In this document: one piece after another, positions 12,601-23,656 of the stretch
How positions within the stretch are numbered: the stretch's first letter is position 1
How the letters are laid out: the number at the start of each line of letters is the position of its first letter
Made by a program: the position numbers and the translations under genes
Notes under the pieces: generated by a model
Database searches by the model: none
What the model saw: the letters and a program-made list of their open reading frames with translations, nothing else
Told to the model about the DNA's origin: nothing
NCBI GenBank assembly: GCA_965112735.1
Contig: OZ218962.1
Span: 2,542,001 to 2,606,000, forward strand
Length of the DNA stretch: 64,000 bases
Direction: 5' to 3'
Origin: Phaeosaccion multiseriatum
Taxonomy: Eukaryota > Protista > Ochrophyta, other classes

Positions 12601-13938
12601 ATGGGCAGAAAGGCGTATGGGCAGAGAGGCACATTGTTTTGTGTTTGACGGTCAAGATGACGTTGGTATTCATATTACACATTACCAATCTTGTTGAGAG
12701 GGAAACAGCGTAAAAGTAAACCATTAAGCACACGCGCACACACACACTTCAGACAGGCTCACACGTAGAGACACAAACATCCACACCCACACCCACACCC
12801 ACACACACACCCACACCCACACCCACACCCACACACACCTCGTCCACGAATTTGCATCCTGAGACGGCCTGCAGCCTTTCGTCCTCTCGCATGACGGGAG
12901 GACCCTTGCATTCAGTGATGCTCTCGTCGCTGTTGACTCCGACCACGAGGTGGGTGCCGAGCAGCCGGCCCTGTCGGAAGGCGTTCATGTGTCCGTAGTG
13001 CATAATATCAAAGGCACCGTCCATCCAGATCCGCACCGGCTTAGAGTCCCCCTGTATGAGTGTGCGTGTGGGTCACCAACGCGTGTGTGTGTGGTGTGTA
13101 TGTGTGTGTGGTAAGTGTGTGTGTATGTGTACGTACGTATACATGTATGTACGCATGTATGTATGTATGTATGTATGTATGTATGTGTGTATGTATGTAT
13201 GTATGTATGTATGTATGTATGTGTGTATGTGTGTATGTATGTATGTATGTATGTTTATATGTGTGCGATGTGAGTGCGTGCAAGAGGCGGCATAAAGCGT
13301 GGAGCGGGAGATAATAGGAGGGTGCATAAGCCGATTGGGTAGGGGGAGGTCAAGGTGCGTATTGTACTAAGGGACCATGTTTGCGCGTACCAAAGGCAAC
13401 GTGAGAGAAGTAAAGTGCGTGCATGCTTAGGCCACAAATCATGCAGGACGTCGACTTCCCTCCCTCGCTCACTCACTCTCTCCCTCGCGCCCGTTCCTCC
13501 TCTCTCCTCTCTCCTCTCTGCCCGGCCTTCCGTCCTCACCTTCTTGGCCTTCTCGTCCTCCTCGATCTCCAGCAGCTTATCCTGCAGTTGACAAACCTTT
13601 TGCATGGCCTCCTCCAGCTCTGCCTGCAGGCGCTGCCTTCTCCGCCGATGCCGATTCCCAAACACAACGTAGTAGAAGAACAGCGTCCCCACCGTAGCGC
13701 CAATACTGACACCAATCTGCTCTGCGTCTGGATACGGCTCCTTCACACCGATATACCGCAAAACTCGCTCCATAAGCCACTCCAACCCGACCATCAGGCG
13801 TGACTGCAGGAGCGCCTGCGAAAGCAGTCGGACGTCCACCATCGTCAGCAGGAGAGCCACTGCTCCTGCCCCCGCGGCTCCCTTGAGCAAATACGTGGAG
13901 ATTTGGGGAGAATCCATTCTCGCCCTTCCCTTTGTCAT
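9626..13938 (-). CDS. PCYT2: Ethanolamine-phosphate cytidylyltransferase (two CTP-transferase domains, N-terminal TM segments), multi-exon
   Basis: Domain 1: RIWMDGAFDIMHYGHMNAFRQ...VGVNSD...ERLQAVSGCKFVDEV, IDFVVHGDD, RTEGVSTTEIVGRML. Domain 2: VYIDGAWDMFHAGH...VGVHSD...PIMNLNERVLSVLGCSYVNDVLIDAP. Confidence 0.93.
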
Positions 13939-14438
13939 CCGCTTACTGCTTCTATGGCACCTCCCCTAAGCCGCCCTACCCGTTCTCCTCACCACAGCCT
14001 ACGGCGCGCCACGGTTTAAAGCGCCCTCCCCTCCGGAGGGTCCGTGGCAGGAGACAGCTCACCGCTGCCACCGCTGCTGCTGCTGCTCTCTTTCTGCTAC
14101 CACTCCCTCTATAGGGATGTGGACACGGCAAGAACAGCAACTCCTCCCTTCGTTCCCTGTGCTCTCCTTATCATCATGCCGCCCTACATCTCTCTCTTCG
14201 CCACATATTTCTCCCCATCCTTACAGAGTCCCAGCCCTGAGGGGAGCCAGCCTACTGCGGGGAGCACGGGCAGATAAATCCTTTTTTCATGTGCTGATGC
14301 TTGTCGGTACTTGTCGGTAGGAAAATAGAGGAAAGGAAAAAAGGAAATGGTAAGGCCGCGTTTGTGGACACGCCCATCCCGATTTTGTGTCGATGCCATC
14401 TATTTTCACCAAAAATGGTCTTCTTCCCCGCCTTCCCC

Positions 14439-16900
14439 TCACTGTACAACGAAAGTCTGCGAACTACTTTGCACGACTTTGCCTGTCGCAGCGGATTTCG
14501 CGCTCCACACTACCTCGATGTCAATCTCGCGAGGGTTGATCTTTGCTCGTGCGAGCTTCAGCGTCCCAGTCACCACGTCTCCTACTTCTAATACAGGCCG
14601 CCCGGAGGGTGCAAACCAGAGCAGCGTCTGTTTCCAGTGAGTTGGCTTGGAGTGGGGTCCGGTGGAGAACCACACGCTGTTGGTGAGCCCCAGTGAGGGG
14701 GCGTCGAAGCCAACGTCGAATGAGACTATGAGACCGCTCACAGGCCCCGCCTCCTTGACGATGAGTCTGAGGAAGGGGGGGAGAGAGAGAAACAGAGGGA
14801 CAGAGAGAACACACACACACAGAGAGAGAGTGAGAGAGAAGCAGAAGAAACCAACGCACAGAGAATGTGAGAGCGCCAACGGGCGGGCGTGTGGGAGCGA
14901 TTTCGTGCTTCCCCACCGCAGCAGGAGCAATGCGCCTAAACCCGATGCTCACTAAGCAAGGACGTATCACGCCTTGCACCTATAGAGTCTTTCACCCCCG
15001 CCCCTCCTCCCCTCCCTCCCCCGCCAGCAGCCCTCCTCCCCCCTCCACCACAGTCAAAAGTCCAAGTCAAGTCACTCACGTGAAGGGGGCCTCGAAATCA
15101 AGGTCCGAGTCCACCAAGCCCATGAGATCAAAGTCCTTCACCAGGCAGCGATCTGTGACTATGAGCGCGCCGTCTACATTCTCCACCCCAGCCTCAAGCA
15201 ATACCAGCTCCTGCACACGCGTATAGTCCAAACCGTGTACGTCCTTCCACCACTCGAGCCGCTTGTCCGGGTCTTTCATGGCCTCAACGAAGAGAGGCGT
15301 CTTGTTGGGCAGTACCACCCCGCCCGGGCGAAGGTATGTGTCTCGGGCGTAGAGCACAGCGGGCAGCATGGTCTCGTAGAAGAGGCAGTAGCCCATCCAC
15401 TCGGATACGATGATGTCCACCTGAGGGGGGAGAGGGGAAAGGAGGGGTCAGACGGGTGGGTGGGTGCATGCGTGGGTGATATTAGAGGCAAGAGGGAGGG
15501 AGAGAGAGAGAACGTCTTCTCCACCTCAGAGAAGATCAAAGAACAAAAAGGTCCCGTGTGCGGACTCCCTCCCGATTAGAGGAGGAGAGACTTTGCCCCC
15601 CTTCCTCCCGTACCTTGTCGACGGGGAGCTTCACCTCTTCCATCTTGCCCTGCAGCAGCGTGATCACGTCGGAGGAGAAACCATTGTCTGCCACAAGCTT
15701 GGTGGCGTCAAGGATGACATCGCTCATGTCCACTCCGATGACGCGGGAAGCCCCTGCCTGGGCCGCAAACATGCTGAGTACGCCAGTGCCGCACCCGACG
15801 TCGAGCACAACCTTTCCTTTGAAGAGGTCAGGATTATCTTTGATGGCTCTCTCGTAACTGCCTGTCCGAACCGTGTCGCGCAGCATCGTCTCGTGGATAC
15901 CAAAGTGGGCGTAGCTGTGTGTTGCGAGTGTTTGTGTGCGTGTGTGTATGTGTTGGAGGAGGGGGGGTGGGGGCGAAGAGGATGAAGGGGAGTAGCAGAG
16001 AGAGGCTGTGAACAATGCGAGACAGGGGAGAATTACACAACAAGGGCAAAACTCTTTCCTCGAGTGCCTTGCGCCTCCATGCACTGGTCGGCATATTGGA
16101 TCTTCCCCCATGAATCATACGAAGGCAAGTGGTGATATCAGGAGCTATCGATCTCACCTGTGAAAGTAGTAGCCGTCGTTGTCGACCTCGTCTGGCTCTC
16201 CTTCACCAGTCGCCAGCGTGTTGAGCAGGGCACCGCTACTAACAAGCTTTGCACGTGCATCCGCCAGGGCCTCACGCAGCAACGCGTTCTCTTTCCGCAG
16301 TCCTTCCATCTCGGCCAGAGATGATGATGATGGTAGTGGGGCTGCCGCTCCTGCTTCTGCTGGAGGTGGCAAAGGCGCGGCACCGGGGAGACTGTCATCC
16401 TCGCTATCATCGCTTTGCTCTCCGCCTCCTTCCCCGTCTTCTACCTCCACCAGGTCTTCCAGGCAGAGCAGAAGGCCGTCATTCTCCAGCACGGGTCGCA
16501 GGAGGTCCTCTCCATCCAGGCTTAGATCCCCTGCCAGTAGTCTCTCCTTTACCAGAGCGGCATCCTCTGGTGACACCGCTGCTGCTGAGCTTTTCACCTC
16601 TCTCCTAATGCAATTGACCAGCTTGATGCGGCCGTAGAAGTCGAGACGGAGGGCCTTGCAGAGCTCCACTACATCCACGCCGTGCGTCTCCTTATCCGAC
16701 TCTACGCAAGCCCGACCGCTGCGATACAGTGTCGACGTGAAGAGACTCTGGCAGCGCTCGCCGAATGCATCCTCCCCGTCCTCCCCTCCAAAGCATCTCT
16801 CCTCCTCGTCCTCCTCCCACCCTTCACCATCACTGTCTGCCAGTCTGGCCTCTACTAGCGCTGCGCCACTGCTCAGCGAAGGAGCAGCAGCGGAAGCCAT
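14439..16900 (-). CDS. PRMT3: Protein arginine N-methyltransferase 3, 4 exons
   Basis: N-terminal LDFYGRIKLVNCIR and LRPVLENDGLL (PRMT3-type). Catalytic core: YAHFGIHETMLRD, VVLDVGCGTG, VDIIVSEWMGY, STGP..KPTHWKQT. Confidence 0.92.
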
Positions 16901-17317
16901 GGGAAAAAAGGGGAATCTATACGTCTATACGGAAGGTGGAGGAGGCCACTCGTTTATGCCCAATCGGAAACCCAAGGGTAAGTTGTACAGTTACGTCTAT
17001 GTCAATGATTTTTTTTTTTTTTTTTTCTCTTCCTTCTCATGCAATGCAGACTCTATTGCACATTAAATCCCACCCAGATCGGTTCAATACACTCCTCGAA
17101 TAGTGTATTGCCACGGGGAGACCTGTTTCAGCAGCAGTTTCAGACCTCTTTTCTCTCTTCTCTTTTCCCTTGTCGTTCGTTCCCGTCCCTCGTCGCTCCT
17201 CGGACATCGGTCGCTGGCGTTATCTCTCTTCAGCTCCTCCCTACAACATGGTCGACACCTGGCGTGCTACTTGCTACTGGCCAGCGGCCAGTAGCATGCT
17301 ACCGGGCCCGCCGCGAC

Positions 17318-17774
17318 CTACCGAGAAGTTGGAGGCACGTTAGGGGTCCAGTCTGGTTGTGGGTCTGTATTGGTGCCCACGTCCACAGTACTCCTCCTCC
17401 TCATAGAGCCCCTCTCGGCCGCCCCCTGGTGGTCGTCTCTTCTGGGCCGCATCTCTGTGGCGCCCTCCTCCTCACGGCCACTGGACCGCTTCATCTCGGC
17501 CGGCTGCTGCTGCTCCTGCTGCTGCTGCTCCTGCTGCTGCTGCCGCCGCTGGTGTATCACCAACTGCCGCTGCTGCTGTATCACCAACTGCTGCTGCTGC
17601 TGTTGCTGCTCCTGCAGCTGCTGTGCTCCTTGTCTCCCACCCACTAACATGTCCGCAGCAGCGTCACCCTCCACGCCTTCTCGTTGTGATCGCTCGGGGC
17701 CTCCTACTTGAAACGACGGTCGCGAGCCCACTTCACGCCGCTGCTGCCGCCGCCGCTGCTGCTGCATTACCAGG

Positions 17775-17816
<42 letters not shown>

Positions 17817-17951
17817 CGCTGTTCCTGTTGCTGTCGCAGGAGCATTTCCTGCTGCTGGCCGAAGAAGCGTTGGCGGCACTCATACTCCCGCCGGTCCTCG
17901 TGTGCGGAACAGTACGGCTGCGGCTGCCCGTGAGGACGATAACACTCGTAC

Positions 17952-17982
<31 letters not shown>

Positions 17983-18510
17983 GCTTCTGCTGTATCGCCC
18001 ACTGCTGCTGCTGTATCGCCCACTGCTGTGCACGTTGCCGCCTCTGCCTTTCACACTCCTCCTCCTCCTCCCATCTTCGTCTCGATTCATCAATCTCTCG
18101 CTGAGTTGGACGAATCCCGTAGGATGGAATCCGAGGGCTGCTCCGATCCACCCCGGAGCACTGCCCCAGGTCATCCGGCTTCAACGCCGCCCTCTCCTTG
18201 AAGGGCTCGACCATTTCTCGCTGCGGCTCTGGGGGTATCCTTCCCGGTAGTGGGGTTCCCCACTCTTGTCCGTGCCTCGAGTACGTGCCTCCTCCTCTGC
18301 CGTGCAGCATCGCTCTTCTTTCCGTTTCCCACACCTGCTCGTCTCGCACCATCCCTCCTCCCTTGTCGCCGCTGCTGCTGCGCCTACGCTTCCTGTGGCC
18401 GCTGCTCTTGTAGTTGTTGTTGTCGGTGGTGGTGGTGGTGTTATTGCCGTCACCGTCATTGTCGTCCTCGTCGCTGTTGTCGTCGTCGTCGTCGTTGTTG
18501 TTGTTGTTGC

Positions 18511-18574
<64 letters not shown>

Positions 18575-18612
18575 GCTGTTGTTGTTGTTGTTGTTGTTGT
18601 TGTTGCTGTTGC

Positions 18613-18703
<91 letters not shown>

Positions 18704-19444
18704 ATTGTTGTTGTTGTTATTGTTGTTGTTGTCGCCCTTGCTGTCCTTGCTCATGTTGTTCTTGCCATTGTTCGTGGTATCGGTGTTGGCGTCTTTGTGG
18801 TTTTCGTCGTCGTTGCTGTTGTCGTTGCTGCTGCCATCGACTGGCGCTCCTTCCTGCCCTAGGCCCTTCTCTCTCGCGTGGCAACTCGGCCGCCGCCCCC
18901 CTCCGGGTGCTGTGTGTGGCTGGCACCGCTTCTGTAGCGTCCTCTTCCGGCTGCGTCTCTCCTCACGGCGCCCTGACGAGCCCCTTCCTGCCTCTCCTGC
19001 TCCCACCTCTGCCTTCCGGCTGCTGCTGCAGCTACCGCTGCTTGTGGATAGTGTTGTAGGAGGCCGGTAGTAAGAGCTGGGCGCAGCAGGTGTCGGAGCA
19101 AGCTTAGAACGCCGTTGGAGGGGCGAACTCGAAGCTGCTGCCGACGATATGTCAGCTGGACGCTGTCTCCTCCTCATCACAGAGGCTCCTGCCGCACCTG
19201 CATCGGGGCCGAGACTGGACCCATATCCCGCCTGCACTGGGAGGCCCACGAGCTGCTCTTCCTTCACTCGAGCACCTCTGGGCGGTTGTTGGTGGCACTG
19301 GTGGTTACTACCCCCTGGCTCCGTTTTGCTGCCTTTTCCAGCAGTCTCGCTTTCGTCCTTGACCGTCTTGCTGGTGCCCCCACAGCTGTTCCAAGGACCG
19401 AGGATGTCCGCGACTGGGCCGATTACTACTGCCGCTGCCACCAT
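17318..19444 (-). CDS. Hypothetical low-complexity protein with poly-Asn and poly-Gln tracts
   Basis: About 2.1 kb open frame from the ATG at 19444. Non-repetitive parts (e.g. WETERRAMLHG, IPPEPQREMVEPFKERAALKPDD) are also stop-free. No recognisable domain. Confidence 0.5.
18494..18730. repeat. Long (AAC/GTT)n trinucleotide microsatellite
   Basis: About 80 near-perfect units; encodes the poly-Asn tract. Confidence 0.95.
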
Positions 19445-19947
19445 CAGCCTATGCAGAGGCGCAGTACGAGAACAACTGCACCAGAAGGGCTGCTGGAGTA
19501 AACGCTGCTGGGGAACGAAGGAGCGAGGCTTTCCACTTACTACTATATAAAATATCACTCTCAATGTCGTCCGTATCCATCTCCCTCAAATGCCCAGTGG
19601 CGGCCCTCTCTTTTCTCCTACCATCCTTTATAACACATAGGTACGCCACCTGAAGTATGGATTGCCTTTGCCCGCATTCTGATTGGGCGGGGAGGGGAAT
19701 CAACGAAAAAAGACGTTAACACCGTTGTGAGAAGTCGGTCTGCCCGAAACCCCTTAAAAAAAAGGGGAAAAAAAGGAAAAAAGGGGTGATTTCCCCCAAG
19801 CAGCCAGAGGGAGAGCTCCTGCATGGTATAGTTAATAAAGGAGTGAAGCACGAAGGGAGAAGTTACACCACCTCGCCTCTGCAAGGAAGGACGGTGCTTT
19901 TTTGCCTTTTTTTTGTTTCGGAAGAATTGAGCATTATTGTAACACCC

Positions 19948-21848
19948 ATGGGGGGGGAGAAGGAAGGCGCTCATCAAGAGGGGGAGCAGGTGGAAGTCCT
20001 GCACGGCGAGGGTCTTTGGTTCCTCGCCACAGTGGTGAAGGCCAGTTTTGTTGGGAAGGGGAGGAGGAAACAGGCCAGGTACGCGGTCCGGTTCGACTGC
20101 GATGACGAGTTGATTCGGGGCGTGGAGGAGTCCAGGCTTCGCTTGCCTCAACAAGCTGCAAAAGTTTTGCCCTTTTACGTGCCAATTGCAGGTAAGGGCA
20201 AGGAGTCTTTGTTTGCTCGTTCCACAATTCCCTCTCCTTCCCTTGACTCCTTTCTTGGCTTCTTGTTCCATCTTTGTAGTCCTCAACTCGCTGTCCATGA
20301 GCCTGCACCGGCAGCAGCCAGGAGAAGCCAGCGACGAGGAGAAGAGGCGGCGCAGAGAGCGGCAGCGAAAGAGAAGGATCGCTGCAGCCCGAGCTGCACA
20401 GCAATCGAGGGACCATCCCACCAGTGGAGGTTGGAGAAAACGCCTTCGAGGTGGCAGGAAAGCAGGAGCAAGTGGTGCTGGGTCGGCAACCATCGCGCCT
20501 TTGCCCGCGGGGATGAAGGAAGAGCCGCAGGGAGGGGAGGGGGGGGGTGAGGGAGAGGTGGGAGGGAAACGAGGGGACCAGAAGCGGGAGGAGGAGGAGG
20601 AGGAGGAGCGGGAGGAGGAGGAGGAGTGGTGGCACACAGGGACAGCGTACTATGTGCACCCTCACCTTTCATGCAAGCCGCTCCGACTGCCCAAGGGGGC
20701 CGGCTCTGAGAAGAAGCAGCAGACCGAGACAGAAGCTAGACTGCACACAATCTCCAAGCTTATGAAGACATCTACCCTCGCGTCCCTCCAGAGCGTGTCG
20801 GGGGACATGGCTCACCAGCAGCACCCCGGCGCAGTAGGTGTGTCCCACAAGGGAAGCGAGAGAGTCACACGCACATACACAGAGAGAGAGGGAGAGAGAG
20901 AGTCAGAGAGAGAGAGAAAGAGAAAAGGAAGAAGGGGAAAAGGCAAAGGAGGGAGGCGTGGCTTGGAACGAGTCAAGTCAAGCAGGAGAGACTCCAGGGG
21001 CCAACTGCTCCTCTCTCTGATCTCTGACCTGCCCCTCTCTGCTTCTGCTGCTTCTGCTACTTTTGTTACTGTCGCTCCTCACTCCAAAAGGTACCACTGG
21101 TCGCCGCAAGAGCAGCAACGGAAGCGCAGCACGGCGGGCGTCGATAGCAGGAGAAGGAGTGGCGGACGACTCCACTGGAGCAGGAGGTGGAGGGGGGGCA
21201 GGGTTTCCGTCTGGCTGGGATCCTTCCAAGCACCGAAAGTCGTCGTCGGCGGCCGCGTCGATAGAGTACTTCCAGCAGCTGAGCCGAGGAGAAGGAGGAG
21301 GAGGGGTCGTCGGGGTAGGAAGGGAAGTCGGGGGGAGATCGGGGTCGGGAGAGGGGTTCAGCTTCGGTGGTGGCCTCGCAGGAGGGCTCGGATCGGTTTC
21401 GGAGAGAGGCGGCGCCCCCGCGGAGGGAGGGGCGGAATTCTTAACCCGGGGCCGCAGCAGGAGCAACAGGAGGGGCAGCTGGCTCGGGCCATCGACTCCC
21501 AGGCTCGGCAGCAGTAGCAGGCGGTCCAGTGCCACAGGCAGCACTAGTAGTAGGAGGCCTAGTGATAGTGACGCAGCCTCGACCGCCCGAGGGGGCAGGC
21601 GTCACAGTAGCGCTGCTTTGTCGACGCTGCTGCAGATGCGAAGGGCGAGTAGAAGGGCTTCGCAGGCGGGCAGGGGCCTTCTCAGCTCCATCCAGGGGAG
21701 GGGGAGTCTCTGGTCTGGAGCGGGAGGCGACGGAGGGGAAGGAGAAGAAGGCTTGGACTTGGGCAAGAAAGTGTACGCTGCCCGTGCCGGCGCGAAGCAC
21801 ACGGAGAGGGGCAAGACGGTCTTTCTCGTCATGCCGCTGCAGGTCTGA
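19948..21848 (+). CDS. Hypothetical protein with an N-terminal Tudor/Agenet-like beta domain, ~3 exons
   Basis: GEQVEVLHGEGLWFLATVVK...YAVRFDCDDELIRGVEESRLR has a Tudor-like pattern. Intron 20192-20279 joins in phase to the next ORF. The last exon ends KTVFLVMPLQV*. Confidence 0.55.
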
Positions 21849-21872
21849 ACAGCGAAACAGTGTTTGAAAGAA

Positions 21873-22745
21873 TCAGCCCCATGCACGGCTAGCGGTTTTG
21901 CTCTAGCCTGCTAGGCCGCTCTAGGCCGCTCACTTTTCAGTCCTAGGCGGCCTCTAGTCCGCCTCTAGGCAGCCTCCCAGTGACCGTGGGCGCGTGCGTG
22001 GTGCCGCCCAGCCAGTGGGTAGCAGCACACCTGTATGTCTGCACTCCTCGTAGGGCCAGCGAGGCAGAAAGAGACAACACGAACCAAGTCTACTCCTCAC
22101 TTCCAATCCCATGCAATACATTTGCTTAAAACTGACTACTCTGTGCACTCTGGGCACTCCCACCGTCCGCCTGGTTGGCGTCTTCCCTAGGCGGCGGCAT
22201 ATAAATAGTCGGCCCCGTGCACGCCTAGCGGCCTAGGCCTATTTTGGAGAATTGCCCGGCCAAGCGAGGGCCGTAGGCCCTCGGCCTATTTATCGGCCGC
22301 CTAGGCGGCGGCCTAGGCGGGGGCCGGAGGCCCGCGGCCTAGGGCAGACGCCAACTAGGCGCAGGTCCAGGGCGGGAATATGCTCGCATGCCCCTGGGCC
22401 GGCCCGGAACCCGCCCAAGTGTCGTCAGTTTTAAGCAAATGTATTGCATGGGATAACTGAGGAGTAGACTTGGTTCGTGTTGTCTCTTTCCGCCTCGCTA
22501 GCCCTACGAGGAGTGCAGGCCTACAGGTGTGTTGCTACCCACTGGCTGGGCGGCACCACGCACGCGCCCACGGTCACTGGGAGGCTGCCTAGAGGCGGGC
22601 TATAGGCCGCCTAGGGCTGAAAAGTGAGCGGCCTAGAGCGGCCGGAGGCCGCCGGCCTAGGCCTATTTCGGCCGAAGGCCGAGCGGCCTAGCGGCCTAGA
22701 CTCTAGGCCGCTAGGCGTGCTGCAAATTGGCCGAGGGCATGGCTG
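21873..22745. mobile_element. Foldback / MITE-like non-autonomous element with long inverted arms
   Basis: ~21914-22136 is the reverse complement of ~22424-22643 (roughly 90% identical by eye). Many CTAGGCCG subrepeats, degenerate CAGCC..ATGC / GCATGGCTG termini, no coding capacity. No clear TSD. Confidence 0.7.
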
Positions 22746-23068
22746 GGCGAGAAGAAAAGAGTTTGCAGCATATAACACCCCTTAAGTGCCATCTATGGTA
22801 AGAAAAGAGTTTGAATATCGGGTGCAGTTTCAGTTTCAGCTCAATACCTTTTCCGGTCAGCACGCCCCTCGTCACCTATTATCATCAAGCCACGCGCTTT
22901 CGGGGTGTGTGTGCCTATTAGCTGACAAGCGCCCCAGAGAGGAGGAGGAGGAGGACGAGGAGGAGGAAGAGAAGGTGGTGGAGTAGAGGAAACTCAAGGG
23001 GGGATCATAGACCAGAAAAGACCTTTTGTGGTTGGTTTGGGAAATCAGTGAGCTGATCGGATTTGGGG

Positions 23069-23611
23069 ATGCGTACCCCTGCAGCATCAGCGCTGGTGGT
23101 GGTGTTCTTATCCTCGCTTGCTTCCGATACATCCGCCTTCTCGACTGCCTTAAAACCATCGACGGCGGCGAGAAGGAGAGTAGCATCAGAACGGCCTTCA
23201 ACAACAAAGCCAAGGGAGGGATGTACAGGGTCGCGTACCGTACTGTCTATGGGCGTGTTCGGTGGGAAGAGCGACGCCGATTTGCTGGAGGAGAAGAGCG
23301 GTGAGGAGCCGAAGAAGAAGGTTATGACAAGGCGGGAGGCCCTACAGACAGGTGAGGGTGAAGCGGTGAACCAAAAGACAAAAAACCGATGTACAACAGC
23401 TGTTCGAAGACGTAGAGTGAACAACCTCGTACAGGTACAGGGTGGCGCTTCGCGCCTCTTATCGAGCGTGAGGGGGCGTGGGGTGTTTAGGGTCCAGGCA
23501 GACAAGCAGGTCTTACTTCTCCTTATTCTATGGGTGTTCTCTCCTCTCTCGTCTCTCCCTCGCTCTGTCTCTCTGTCTGTTTCTCTCTCTAGCGTGCCGT
23601 CTCTCTCTCTG

Positions 23612-23656
<45 letters not shown>

